From Minisyncoccota bacterium (GTDB lineage: Bacteria; Patescibacteriota; Minisyncoccia; Phycocordibacterales; UBA918): a DNA stretch of 64,000 bases. The notes below the pieces were generated by a model. It did no database searches. It saw nothing but the letters and a program-made list of their open reading frames with translations, and had not been told where the DNA came from. The stretch spans positions 1 to 64,000 of the forward strand of contig JBDNIW010000005.1 in NCBI GenBank assembly GCA_041688155.1, given 5' to 3'. The stretch's first letter is position 1. Each line of letters begins with the position of its first letter. Shown piece after piece: positions 9,050 to 16,881 of the stretch. Position numbers and translations under genes: made by a program.

Positions 9050-9643
9050 TTAGTTCTTCTGAAGAATCATGGTAAACCACTCTTCTTGCCGACTTTGTTG
9101 ATTGCAGTACACCTCGGTCAAGCTGTCAGGCTTCACGCCCAAAACCGTTTCTCGTGTGTAATAGTAATACCGTCGCTTGGTATGACCGTCATCGACCACA
9201 GCGGTTTCATACTGGTCACGACGCTTGAGCGAAATGAACACTACTCCACCAGGATTAAGGGCCGTAGCCACTGCTTCCAGCACAACCTGCAAATCTTCTT
9301 TGGGGTTATGAAGTAACGAAGCAAATGCAAACACTACATCCAACCCATTTGGAAAATGGTACCGCATCACATCTGCGACTTGAAAATTACCCATTGGATT
9401 CTCATTCCGAGCCATTTTGATATAGACCGAAGAAATGTCGATCCCTAAGTAGCTAGGGGTTTTCGTCAGGATGTACTGTGCCTCACGACCGTACGCACAT
9501 CCAATCTCGAGTACCACCGGTGTTTCAACATCAACGTAGCTGAAAGCAAGATCAATATCGTCTACCCGTGGTGGTATCCCGTCATATTGCCGACGATACT
9601 CATTGGCACCTGCATTGTAAGCATCTTTGATTGATTGATTCAT
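9050..9643 (-). CDS. Class I SAM-dependent methyltransferase
   Basis: Motif I VLEIGCAYG and a post-I acidic residue; about 197 aa. Confidence 0.7.
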   Translation of the reverse strand: MNQSIKDAYNAGANEYRRQYDGIPPRVDDIDLAFSYVDVETPVVLEIGCAYGREAQYILTKTPSYLGIDISSVYIKMARNENPMGNFQVADVMRYHFPNGLDVVFAFASLLHNPKEDLQVVLEAVATALNPGGVVFISLKRRDQYETAVVDDGHTKRRYYYYTRETVLGVKPDSLTEVYCNQQSRQEEWFTMILQKN

Positions 9644-9870
9644 AACTTAACCAATATACCATCGACGTCTTCGTACAGATGGTCAATCGAGCCGCAGGCA
9701 CCATTGACCGCAATCAAGGTCCGCGCATCTTTGTGATTAAACGGACCCCGCCAAATTAGCTCATCAGAAAATGGTTCATCTGAGCAGACAAAGTAGGTTC
9801 TCTGGCTGCGCACTCGACGCAATTTGCCCGCCAGTCGGACTGGCCATGTCACAATTGAAGAAATTTCCAC
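9640..9870 (-). CDS. Hypothetical 76-aa ORF translationally coupled (ATGA overlap) to the methyltransferase gene
   Basis: Its stop overlaps the methyltransferase start. The 5' half lies inside repeat R2, and the second R2 copy carries a degraded version of it. Confidence 0.3.
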   Translation of the reverse strand: MEISSIVTWPVRLAGKLRRVRSQRTYFVCSDEPFSDELIWRGPFNHKDARTLIAVNGACGSIDHLYEDVDGILVKL

Positions 9871-10090
9871 TGGTCACCTCGCTTTTTGCTTAACAATCTG
9901 ACTTGAAAATACTACAAATTTAGACTAAAGGCAATGATGTCTGAGATTTTGCAATCAGCATTGAAGTGATGGAGCTATAAAACATAAACAGCTCAGCGTT
10001 GCAGTTGCGAGCAGCGGCAATTTTAAAGAAAAAGTTACTAACTCCCGAAGCAATCGCCCCGCAAACAGCTACCACAAACCAGAGTTCCAT
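9761..10090. repeat. Repeat R2, copy 1 (about 330 bp, about 93% identical to 14742-15067)
   Basis: Direct comparison of the two copies. The high-coordinate end begins exactly at an ATG that opens a conserved 56-aa mini-ORF on the minus strand. Confidence 0.8.
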
Positions 10091-10098
10091 ACTTCGTA

Positions 10099-11142
10099 CT
10101 AACGAACTTCTCCTGGCATTGATAATACTTCGATAAACTCTTCTTTATTGGACTTCATCATTTCGAACTCCTCGTCAGTTAGATCTAATTCGACATTGTC
10201 TATTACAAACTCAATAATGTCCCGAGCTTCATCTGCCGTCACGCCGTTGTTACTAAACAAAAAATCAACCGTTCCGTCGCCATCGTAATCGAAGCGCCAC
10301 TGGTATATATCAATTTTTGTATCAGTAGTTACGACTGTGGCCGAGGCGAGCATATTTGGTGTCGTCAATATATATAGTTGTCTAACAGTAGTCCTGCCTT
10401 CTGAGTAATATGTATAGTCAATTGGGAAAATACCAAAATCAGTGCCTCGCATCATCAGCGTAAATTCTGGCGCTGCGTTTAGGTCCACTTCAATGCCTTG
10501 GTTAATAAACGAACTGGGTCCAACGTTTTTGATTTCTGAATATGGCAGCTTGAACTCCTCGTGTAATTCCAAAATACCAGAAAATGCGCCGGTTGGATCG
10601 ACTGCGTAGATGGATACCGGCGATTCTCTATGAGCACTTAATTCAAATCGAAAGAACGAACTAGGCTGCTCTTCAATCCCAACACCAGTAGTTGATCGAT
10701 AATCTGTCGGCTCAGGTAGTGGATTTTTGTTTATCCCAGCCAGAGCAAATACGTCTTGTGATTCGAGATAAGCCCACAACGGCGCTTCTATCCAATCATC
10801 TACGATAGCAAATTCCTCTTCCATATCAATCCCGACTAAAGTACCCAGGACGAATTGTTCAACAATTGCATCGAGCAGCTCTATTGATGGGTTTCTGGCA
10901 GCGTCAATCATCTCTTGCGTGGGTTCGGTTGCTAGATTAATGACCGATTCAGCCAACACTCTACGTTCCGCAAGGAGCTGTTCTCGGGGTGATAACTCAA
11001 TTTCCTCGACCGCTGGATTAGTGGACTCAGTAGTAAGGTTCGATTGCAGAGATTCAGCTGGCGCTTGTACTGTTTGGCTCCAGAACACAAACCCAAATAA
11101 AGCCAAGACTACTACTACAATTGCCAGTTGGATTGATTTCAT
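10099..11142 (-). CDS. Secreted/membrane-anchored hypothetical protein (347 aa)
   Basis: N-terminal signal anchor, acidic, with a C-terminal DYDGDGTVD calcium-binding-like motif. Confidence 0.5.
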   Translation of the reverse strand: MKSIQLAIVVVVLALFGFVFWSQTVQAPAESLQSNLTTESTNPAVEEIELSPREQLLAERRVLAESVINLATEPTQEMIDAARNPSIELLDAIVEQFVLGTLVGIDMEEEFAIVDDWIEAPLWAYLESQDVFALAGINKNPLPEPTDYRSTTGVGIEEQPSSFFRFELSAHRESPVSIYAVDPTGAFSGILELHEEFKLPYSEIKNVGPSSFINQGIEVDLNAAPEFTLMMRGTDFGIFPIDYTYYSEGRTTVRQLYILTTPNMLASATVVTTDTKIDIYQWRFDYDGDGTVDFLFSNNGVTADEARDIIEFVIDNVELDLTDEEFEMMKSNKEEFIEVLSMPGEVR

Positions 11143-11162
11143 AGGTATAGGAAACTGGTTTA

Positions 11163-11645
11163 TTACTTACTTTTCAATTTGTTCCATATTTGTTTACCGA
11201 TACTAAAGGCAACAAACCCAGCCAACAAAATTAACCAAAAACTAACAGCAGTTCCCATCATTGCTGAGGCATTGAAAGCAGGAGCAAACATTGACCCAGT
11301 TCCTGGACTAGTCGGGACACCACTCCAATATATAAGGAGACCTGCTGGTATAGACCAACTTGCAATGTACTTGAGCCAGTTGTGGAGGAGAGTTAAAGGC
11401 AGAAGTAAGAGGCTGAGAAAGAATATATTTAATTCAAAAGACGCCATGGAAAATGGTCGGATAAAAGTATCAATGTAAGAAATTTCACAATTTAATCGAA
11501 TTAAGTTTTCCGGTACATAGTTACAATGTGTGTAGTAAACAGTACTAAAACGACCTACGAACCAACTAGCAAACAGTAGGAAAGCTAGGACTAGCTTTTC
11601 AGGACTCCAAAATTCTTTAAGATATTGAACGATATTGGTTTTCAT
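11163..11645 (-). CDS. Hypothetical polytopic membrane protein (AT-rich gene)
   Basis: Four to five hydrophobic segments. GC is markedly lower than in flanking genes. Confidence 0.4.
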   Translation of the reverse strand: MKTNIVQYLKEFWSPEKLVLAFLLFASWFVGRFSTVYYTHCNYVPENLIRLNCEISYIDTFIRPFSMASFELNIFFLSLLLLPLTLLHNWLKYIASWSIPAGLLIYWSGVPTSPGTGSMFAPAFNASAMMGTAVSFWLILLAGFVAFSIGKQIWNKLKSK

Positions 11646-11724
11646 ACGTAGTAATTACGAGTAGTGGTAGTTGTTTAGTTTATCGTATCATGGAGTGAAG
11701 CGTTTTTGCCTCGTGAGGTAATTT

Positions 11725-14382
11725 TTATTCAACTAATACTTGATTGACCAAGGCCTGTTGTAAAGCTTGGAGTAGTTCCGTTAATACCTGTGACTCACCA
11801 GCAGTTAAGTAACTACGCTGCTGCAACACTTGTGCCAGCTGCTGCAGCGCAGCTGAGATGACTGCAGCGCTATCAGACTGGTCGAGAACGTTAGTTGACG
11901 TCGCGATTCCGAGTACTTGGGCACTTGGAGCTCTCGATCCGACACGAGTGGCTGATGATGATTGCGGTTGAGAGTCGGTGACTTTTATCGCAACTTGTTC
12001 TATTGATACAGGTTGACCACTCGGTGAATAAACCTCGTCGACCACTCCGTCACCATCTATATCAACCCGTACGTTGCTAAATACGTCATCTTCTTTCGCA
12101 AATACGGCTGTGGTAAATGGAGTAGTGGTGATGTCTTCTCTCCGGAACCTCGTCTTGGTCGGCTCACCTTCTACGATATCTTCGATAATCAGACTAAAGC
12201 TACCCTCGGCGTACCCATCAATGAATACTTCGTATTCGGTTGCGCTGGGAATATACAAATACGAACTACTCCCGATTTGGAAGAATCGGCTGCCAGGTAT
12301 ATTTTGCGCGATCACTGGAAAACCATCTATTACCCCAGTGACACCAGTCTGATTACCGTTTGAATCCTTTGCAAAAAGGTGTACCGGCGAGTACGTGGAG
12401 AGACCGTCGTATGACTCACCGTCATACGCTGGCAAGGTGGTCGTGATGTAATCACTATCAGGCAAGGCGCTGCGGCTCATTAGAGCGAATATCAGGTCTT
12501 GTACGTCCGCTGGTTCTGACAGGTTGGCATGAATGGCAGGTAAAATATCATCACTATCTTCATCTGAAGCAAGAAGATTGTAAACCAGCAAATCAACGTA
12601 GTATGTTTCTTTTGCACCTTGATATCCCTCTGCCGACAAAGTCATCACCGTTTGATCGCCGTACAAGCTCATCTGGGGGCGAACTTTGGTAAGCGAAACA
12701 GCCGGGTCACCACAAGAGAAAAAACAGTTACGGCCAAATGTACTGTCATATATGATACCGGCTGTAGTAAGCACCCCCGTACCAACTATTTCAATCACTT
12801 CAATGTTTTCTGGTATTTCGTACGCTGAGAGACTATTGATGGCTTCCAAGCCTTGACGGACGATAAAATCGTTTAATACGGTTGGTTTTTCTAATTCAGC
12901 ATCGCGAGGATCCTTTCTACCTTCAGCACCAGTTAAAAACTGCTTTAACTGCGTCTGGTTTTCAATACCGTTTGGGTAGAGCATCCTGATATCAGACAGA
13001 TACGCCCCAATACCGGTGAAGGTGATCATTGGGTTGGATAGACTCTCAAAATAAGCAGCACTAGGCAATAGCGCATTCGCGCCAGGCAAATTACGCACGG
13101 TGCGCCGAAAACTAATTGGCTCCAGCACAAGTTGCTCAGGACGAGACAGGCCTTCCAGACCATGCAACAATCGGTTTATGGCTTCTGGAGTACCTAATTG
13201 CGGGCTACCAAGTAAAATAAGCTTGTCTATGTATTCCAGAGGGCACTGGTCGGTTGGATTGTCAGCACAACTCTTTTCTAGTGATTGCAACATCGCTTTG
13301 GCCAACAGACCCCCGTTGGAATGAGCGACGATGGTTACTTTTTTGCTGGGGGTAGCTCGAGCTAGTTTGACCAGCTCATTTGTCGGGAACAAGGTTGTTT
13401 GCTCTGAACCAACGATTGTTCCGTTAGCGACAATATCCCGAACATCATACCGCCAGTCATACGCGAACACTTTGTAGTCATTGATAACTCCTGCAATTTT
13501 CTCTGCCTCCAATCGCTCAAGCCACGTGTCATACACAATGAGATCAGCCCCAGCTAAATAATTGGTACGACCAATTACATCTCCAAACTTTGTATAAACA
13601 TCATTAACAGACTGACCTGCCTCATTCATACGCAAATCAGTTATGTCTTGTCCCCGATTTACTGACGGCTCCCACAGCTGATCCTCTGTCCCAAGTGCAC
13701 CGTCTTTATACAACCGACTAGCCTGAATCCCGGGGAGGAATAGGACACTGGAAGCGCCGACTGGTTCTGGTTCGGCCAACTCGACCGCGAACGTTATGAT
13801 TGTGGTATCAATCAGTACCAAGAACCCAGGGTTAAACTCTAGCTGTGCGTACGCTACTGTTGGTAACATCCAGTCAATCAATACTTCGTACCAGTTCCTT
13901 TGTACCTGAAATACCGGGCCAATATTTTCTAGTACCTCGCTTACTAAAGTATAAGTACCTGTAGCAACAAACGGCGGTATGTAGTTTAGAGGAAGGTTTT
14001 CGTACACAGTGTAACTATCGCCGTCGTGATAATACAGACGATTAAACACACTCCAATCAGGATTATCTGGCTTGGCAATACTGGTGATTGCAGCTGATGT
14101 TGGGATTTTATCAACAATGACAGTGTCACCAGCCCCAAACTCAATCCCGTTGTATGCATGAGCGACTGATTGCACCTCACCGCTCCCCAACTCTAGCCCA
14201 AAAGGGTTATTGCAGTCAGTAATCTCCTCTGAAAACTCCCCCATTCCATTCATCACGTCGATATAAGTGATGGATCCGCAATCAGCCTGTACCAGTGCGG
14301 GTAGAGCACAAAAAATCGCCAGCAAGGCGATACAGAGTAGGGAGAGTTGATAAGACGTTCTAACCGATGGGCTTAATTTCAT
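11725..14382 (-). CDS. Large secreted alpha/beta-hydrolase (LCAT/PGAP1-like lipase/esterase core) with shared N- and C-terminal modules
   Basis: Signal peptide MKLSPSVRTSYQLSLLCIALLAIFCALPALVQA, GxSxG motif VTIVAHSNGG and LLGSPQLGT (LCAT-like), a DIDGDGVVD motif, and a C-terminal helical tail of about 75 aa homologous to the tail of 15263-16084. The track ORF runs to 14613, but that N-terminal extension is conserved upstream DNA rather than protein. Confidence 0.6.
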   Translation of the reverse strand: MKLSPSVRTSYQLSLLCIALLAIFCALPALVQADCGSITYIDVMNGMGEFSEEITDCNNPFGLELGSGEVQSVAHAYNGIEFGAGDTVIVDKIPTSAAITSIAKPDNPDWSVFNRLYYHDGDSYTVYENLPLNYIPPFVATGTYTLVSEVLENIGPVFQVQRNWYEVLIDWMLPTVAYAQLEFNPGFLVLIDTTIITFAVELAEPEPVGASSVLFLPGIQASRLYKDGALGTEDQLWEPSVNRGQDITDLRMNEAGQSVNDVYTKFGDVIGRTNYLAGADLIVYDTWLERLEAEKIAGVINDYKVFAYDWRYDVRDIVANGTIVGSEQTTLFPTNELVKLARATPSKKVTIVAHSNGGLLAKAMLQSLEKSCADNPTDQCPLEYIDKLILLGSPQLGTPEAINRLLHGLEGLSRPEQLVLEPISFRRTVRNLPGANALLPSAAYFESLSNPMITFTGIGAYLSDIRMLYPNGIENQTQLKQFLTGAEGRKDPRDAELEKPTVLNDFIVRQGLEAINSLSAYEIPENIEVIEIVGTGVLTTAGIIYDSTFGRNCFFSCGDPAVSLTKVRPQMSLYGDQTVMTLSAEGYQGAKETYYVDLLVYNLLASDEDSDDILPAIHANLSEPADVQDLIFALMSRSALPDSDYITTTLPAYDGESYDGLSTYSPVHLFAKDSNGNQTGVTGVIDGFPVIAQNIPGSRFFQIGSSSYLYIPSATEYEVFIDGYAEGSFSLIIEDIVEGEPTKTRFRREDITTTPFTTAVFAKEDDVFSNVRVDIDGDGVVDEVYSPSGQPVSIEQVAIKVTDSQPQSSSATRVGSRAPSAQVLGIATSTNVLDQSDSAAVISAALQQLAQVLQQRSYLTAGESQVLTELLQALQQALVNQVLVE

Positions 14383-14651
14383 GTTTTTGATTGTATCAAT
14401 TTCGCTCCAGGAGGACAGTTGATAACTTTTTGGATAACTTGGGGATAAAGTACATCCACCTAGAACTGTGTACTTGGTGACTACTCGCAATTTTCTCTCA
14501 GAGGTGGTATATCTTGCGGACTTTGGTGATGATTTGTCACTGGAGTGGGTAAACCAGTGGTAATGGGTTGAAACGGAGTGTATCTCCAATCCTTCCCTGC
14601 CTCGCTCAGTCATGATGTGCTACAAGCTCTGCTTGTAGCTAGTCAAAATTT

Positions 14652-14740
14652 AGAAGAATTATTGAGTGTCGTGGGTGTAAGCAGAAGCTTCCACCCCTTC
14701 GCTCGGGAACTAAATGCAAGCCAGCTTTCATTTAGTTCCT
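14652..14740. repeat. Repeat R1, single unit plus hairpin tail
   Basis: AGAAGAATTATTGAGTGTCGTGGGTGTAAGCAGAAGCTTCCACCCCTTCGCTC followed by GGGAACTAAATGCAAGCCAGCTTTCATTTAGTTCCT. The same module is tandemly duplicated at 16218-16374. It lies immediately 5' of the minus-strand paralog gene. Confidence 0.8.
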
Positions 14741-14741
14741 C

Positions 14742-15067
14742 TCATCAAAAAACGGTTCATCTAAGCAGACAAAGTAGGTTCTCTGGTTGCGCACTCGACG
14801 CAATTTGTCCGCCAGTCGGACTAAACACGTCACAATTGAAGAAATTTTCACCGGCTATACCTCGCTTTTTGCTTAACAAGCTGATTTGAAAATACTCTAA
14901 ATTTAGACTAAAAGCAATGAGGTCTGAGATTTTGCAATCAGCATCGAAGTGATGGAGCTATAAAATAGCTCAGCGTTGCAGTTGCGAGCAGCGGCAATTT
15001 TAAAGAAAAAGTTACTAACTCCCGAAGCAATCGCCCCACAGACAGCTACAATAAACCAGAGTTCCAT
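14742..15067. repeat. Repeat R2, copy 2
   Basis: About 93% identical to 9761-10090. Encodes the mini-ORF MELWFIVAVCGAIASGVSNFFFKIAAARNCNAELFYSSITSMLIAKSQTSLLLV* on the minus strand. Confidence 0.8.
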
Positions 15068-15082
15068 GGGATAAGTATAGCA

Positions 15083-15112
15083 AAACTACCCGACTAATGC
15101 CGGGTAGTTTTG
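15083..15112. terminator. Bidirectional intrinsic terminator
   Basis: aaaactacccgactaatgccgggtagtttt: perfect stem with A and T runs on either side. Confidence 0.6.
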
Positions 15113-15262
15113 ACCTTAAGAACTATAAGCTTCCGTCCTTTCTAAACCTCTCAAGCTAAGAATCAGGTACTTTATTTATTTACACCAGTTTACAGTAGAG
15201 TCGTTGCATGAGCGCACAGACAAGTGAACACCCGCACAACACGAATCTACACTGTACTATTA

Positions 15263-16084
15263 CTAGTCTCCTACACTCACTCGATCAGATAAAATCAGAC
15301 TGATCGCTGACAGCAGTTGTTTTAGTGTTTGAGCTTCACTCTTGGTCAAGCTCTCACGCTTTTGCAAGACCTGAGTGAGCTGCCCAAGCGCATTAGTGAC
15401 CAATATACTAGTATCAAGTTGTTTAATTGCATCTTCTGCTGCGGAAACCTCCAACCTTTGTTTTCTTAGCAATCTGTCCCCCACACGGGTGGCAGAGCCA
15501 GATTGTGTACGAACAGACTCAGGCAGCGCAACGATGAACGTGATGGTCGTAAGTTCAAGCGGCCCAAACTGGGCATGTGCAGTTGTAACAAATAGCTTAC
15601 GCAGCCACCGCATGGGTGCAAATACTTGCTGCGGAGTGCCTCCAAGCCCTGCAGAGTCTATTGTATGTACTAGTGTGTAGGTACCAATAGCATTAACTGT
15701 GTATGAATGGTCATTAACATAGTCCGCACCAGCATGGTGATACAACGTGAAACTAGGAGTGGAAGTAAGTGATGTATTATCGTCGAACGTTGCTGTTGGA
15801 CTAAGGTCTACCGGCAAGCTATCGAGAGTCAATGTCATCCCATCAGTAATAGACTCCCCACCAATACTGATATCGACGTTACTAAACCGTGAGCCATCAA
15901 CTATACCAAATGGATCACCACAGTTAGCTGGCAAACGCGACTCCTCCTCACCAGTAGATGAGTTGAGCTCTACAATGGCGCCACAAGACCCTAGAGCGTC
16001 TTTTGATGTTGACATCACCAACAGAAAGATCATTCCAACAATTAGCCAACCTTTATTACTCAACAATAAATTTTGTGTATTCAT
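15263..16084 (-). CDS. Short secreted paralog sharing the N-terminal Cys-containing domain and C-terminal helical tail with 11725-14382
   Basis: Likely start MNTQNLLL with a signal peptide. Shares CG..I....G...C..PFG near the N-terminus and ATRVG.R...Q..L...L.QVLQ.R at the C-terminus. The upstream DNA (TCACCAAAGTCCGCAA[G/A]ATATACCACC) is conserved with the paralog. Start coordinate is within about 1 nt. Confidence 0.5.
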   Translation of the reverse strand: MNTQNLLLSNKGWLIVGMIFLLVMSTSKDALGSCGAIVELNSSTGEEESRLPANCGDPFGIVDGSRFSNVDISIGGESITDGMTLTLDSLPVDLSPTATFDDNTSLTSTPSFTLYHHAGADYVNDHSYTVNAIGTYTLVHTIDSAGLGGTPQQVFAPMRWLRKLFVTTAHAQFGPLELTTITFIVALPESVRTQSGSATRVGDRLLRKQRLEVSAAEDAIKQLDTSILVTNALGQLTQVLQKRESLTKSEAQTLKQLLSAISLILSDRVSVGD

Positions 16085-16217
16085 AATTTGAGTATACCAC
16101 CAGACCATTCGCTTTTTCTTGGCTGGGGTGGTATATTTTGCGGACTTTGGTGATACGTTATTACTAGAGGTTTGAGAGAAATTCTGATGAGTTGAAAGCA
16201 AGGATTAGAACCTAGAT

Positions 16218-16374
16218 GCAGAAGAAATATTGAGTGTCGTGGGTGTAAGCAAAAGCTTTCACCCCTTCGCTCATAGACAAAGTGCAGAAGAAATATTGAG
16301 TGTCGTGGGTGTAAGCAAAAGCTTTCACCCCTTCGCTCGGAACCTAAATGCAAGCCAGCTTTCATTTAGTTCCT
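16218..16374. repeat. Repeat R1, two tandem 66-bp units plus hairpin tail
   Basis: Two copies of AGAAGAAATATTGAGTGTCGTGGGTGTAAGCAAAAGCTTTCACCCCTTCGCTC separated by a 13-nt spacer, then GGAACCTAAATGCAAGCCAGCTTTCATTTAGTTCCT. Each unit contains the hairpin GGGTG-t-AAGC-aaaa-GCTT-t-CACCC. Confidence 0.8.
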
Positions 16375-16378
16375 CGCT

Positions 16379-16452
16379 CGGGGTGTAGCATAATGGTAGT
16401 GTACGCGCTTTGGGAGTGTGAGGCCGGGGTTCGATTCCCCGCTCCCCGACAA
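16379..16452 (+). ncRNA. tRNA-like structured element A (strand uncertain)
   Basis: About 74 nt, opening CGGGGTG..AATGGTAG (D-loop-like) and carrying a canonical T-arm CGGGG-TTCGATT-CCCCG and acceptor-like CTCCCCG-A. The 5' CGGGGTG can pair with CTCCCCG with one mismatch. There is no convincing D- or anticodon stem, so I do not call it a tRNA. It is followed at 16457-16491 by an intrinsic terminator hairpin. Confidence 0.4.
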
Positions 16453-16499
16453 TAAGAAAACATCCAGAACTTTATGTTCTGGATGTTTTCGTATAGTTC

Positions 16500-16643
16500 G
16501 AGCGGGGAATCGAAAAGAGCGAATGTATCGCCCGGAGCAAAGCGAGGACGATTTGAGCGCCGGGGTCGCGTCGCACAGTAGTTTGGAGTCGTGAGACGAA
16601 CATAATACTGCTGCAAAGGCGACCGATTCCCCGCTCCCCGACA
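16500..16643 (+). ncRNA. Structured element B with 13-nt terminal inverted repeats (small-RNA or MITE-like; strand uncertain)
   Basis: The 5' end GAGCGGGGAATCG is the perfect reverse complement of the 3' CGATTCCCCGCTC. The 3' terminus CGATTCCCCGCTCCCCGACA is identical to those of A and C. Internal hairpins include GTCGTgagACGA. A terminator hairpin follows at 16650-16690. Confidence 0.4.
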
Positions 16644-16690
16644 AATACAAAAGTTCCTGGAAATATTTTCCAGGAACTTTTGTTATTTTC

Positions 16691-16836
16691 GGCGGAGGAG
16701 AATGTGAATAGTTTCACATTCGTGGGGAATCGAACGCCGGAGTCGTGTTGCTACGCAACAGACGAGGTGTGTCCCGCGGCACTTATGAGCGTAAGCGAAT
16801 TTGTGACCGTCAGGACGATTCCCCGCTCCCCGACAA
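16691..16836 (+). ncRNA. Structured element C, related to B (strand uncertain)
   Basis: 5' hairpin GAATGTGAAtagtTTCACATTC, then GTGGGGAATCG complementary to the 3' CGATTCCCCGC, and the shared motif GGAGTCGTG. It has the same 3' terminus as A and B, then the terminator hairpin at 16840-16880. Confidence 0.4.
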
Positions 16837-16839
16837 TAA

Positions 16840-16880
16840 GAAAAAGACTGAAACCTAGTGTTTCAGTCTTTTTCTTATTG
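16840..16880. terminator. Bidirectional intrinsic terminator
   Basis: aaaaagactgaaacctagtgtttcagtctttttc. It also serves the convergent PCD gene. Confidence 0.6.
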
Positions 16881-16881
16881 T

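Noticed and set aside
12074-14180. Several 64-92-aa ORFs inside 11725-14613.
   Set aside because: All are internal, in alternative frame or antisense, to the large hydrolase gene.
16218-16374. The R1 repeats as a CRISPR array.
   Set aside because: There are only two or three 53-nt units with a 13-nt spacer and no cas genes. The units sit in a promoter position for paralogous genes.
16500-16836. Elements B and C as a retron msr-msd ncRNA, given the a1/a2-like terminal inverted repeats.
   Set aside because: No reverse-transcriptase gene is adjacent or anywhere in the window. The downstream gene is a pterin dehydratase on the opposite strand.
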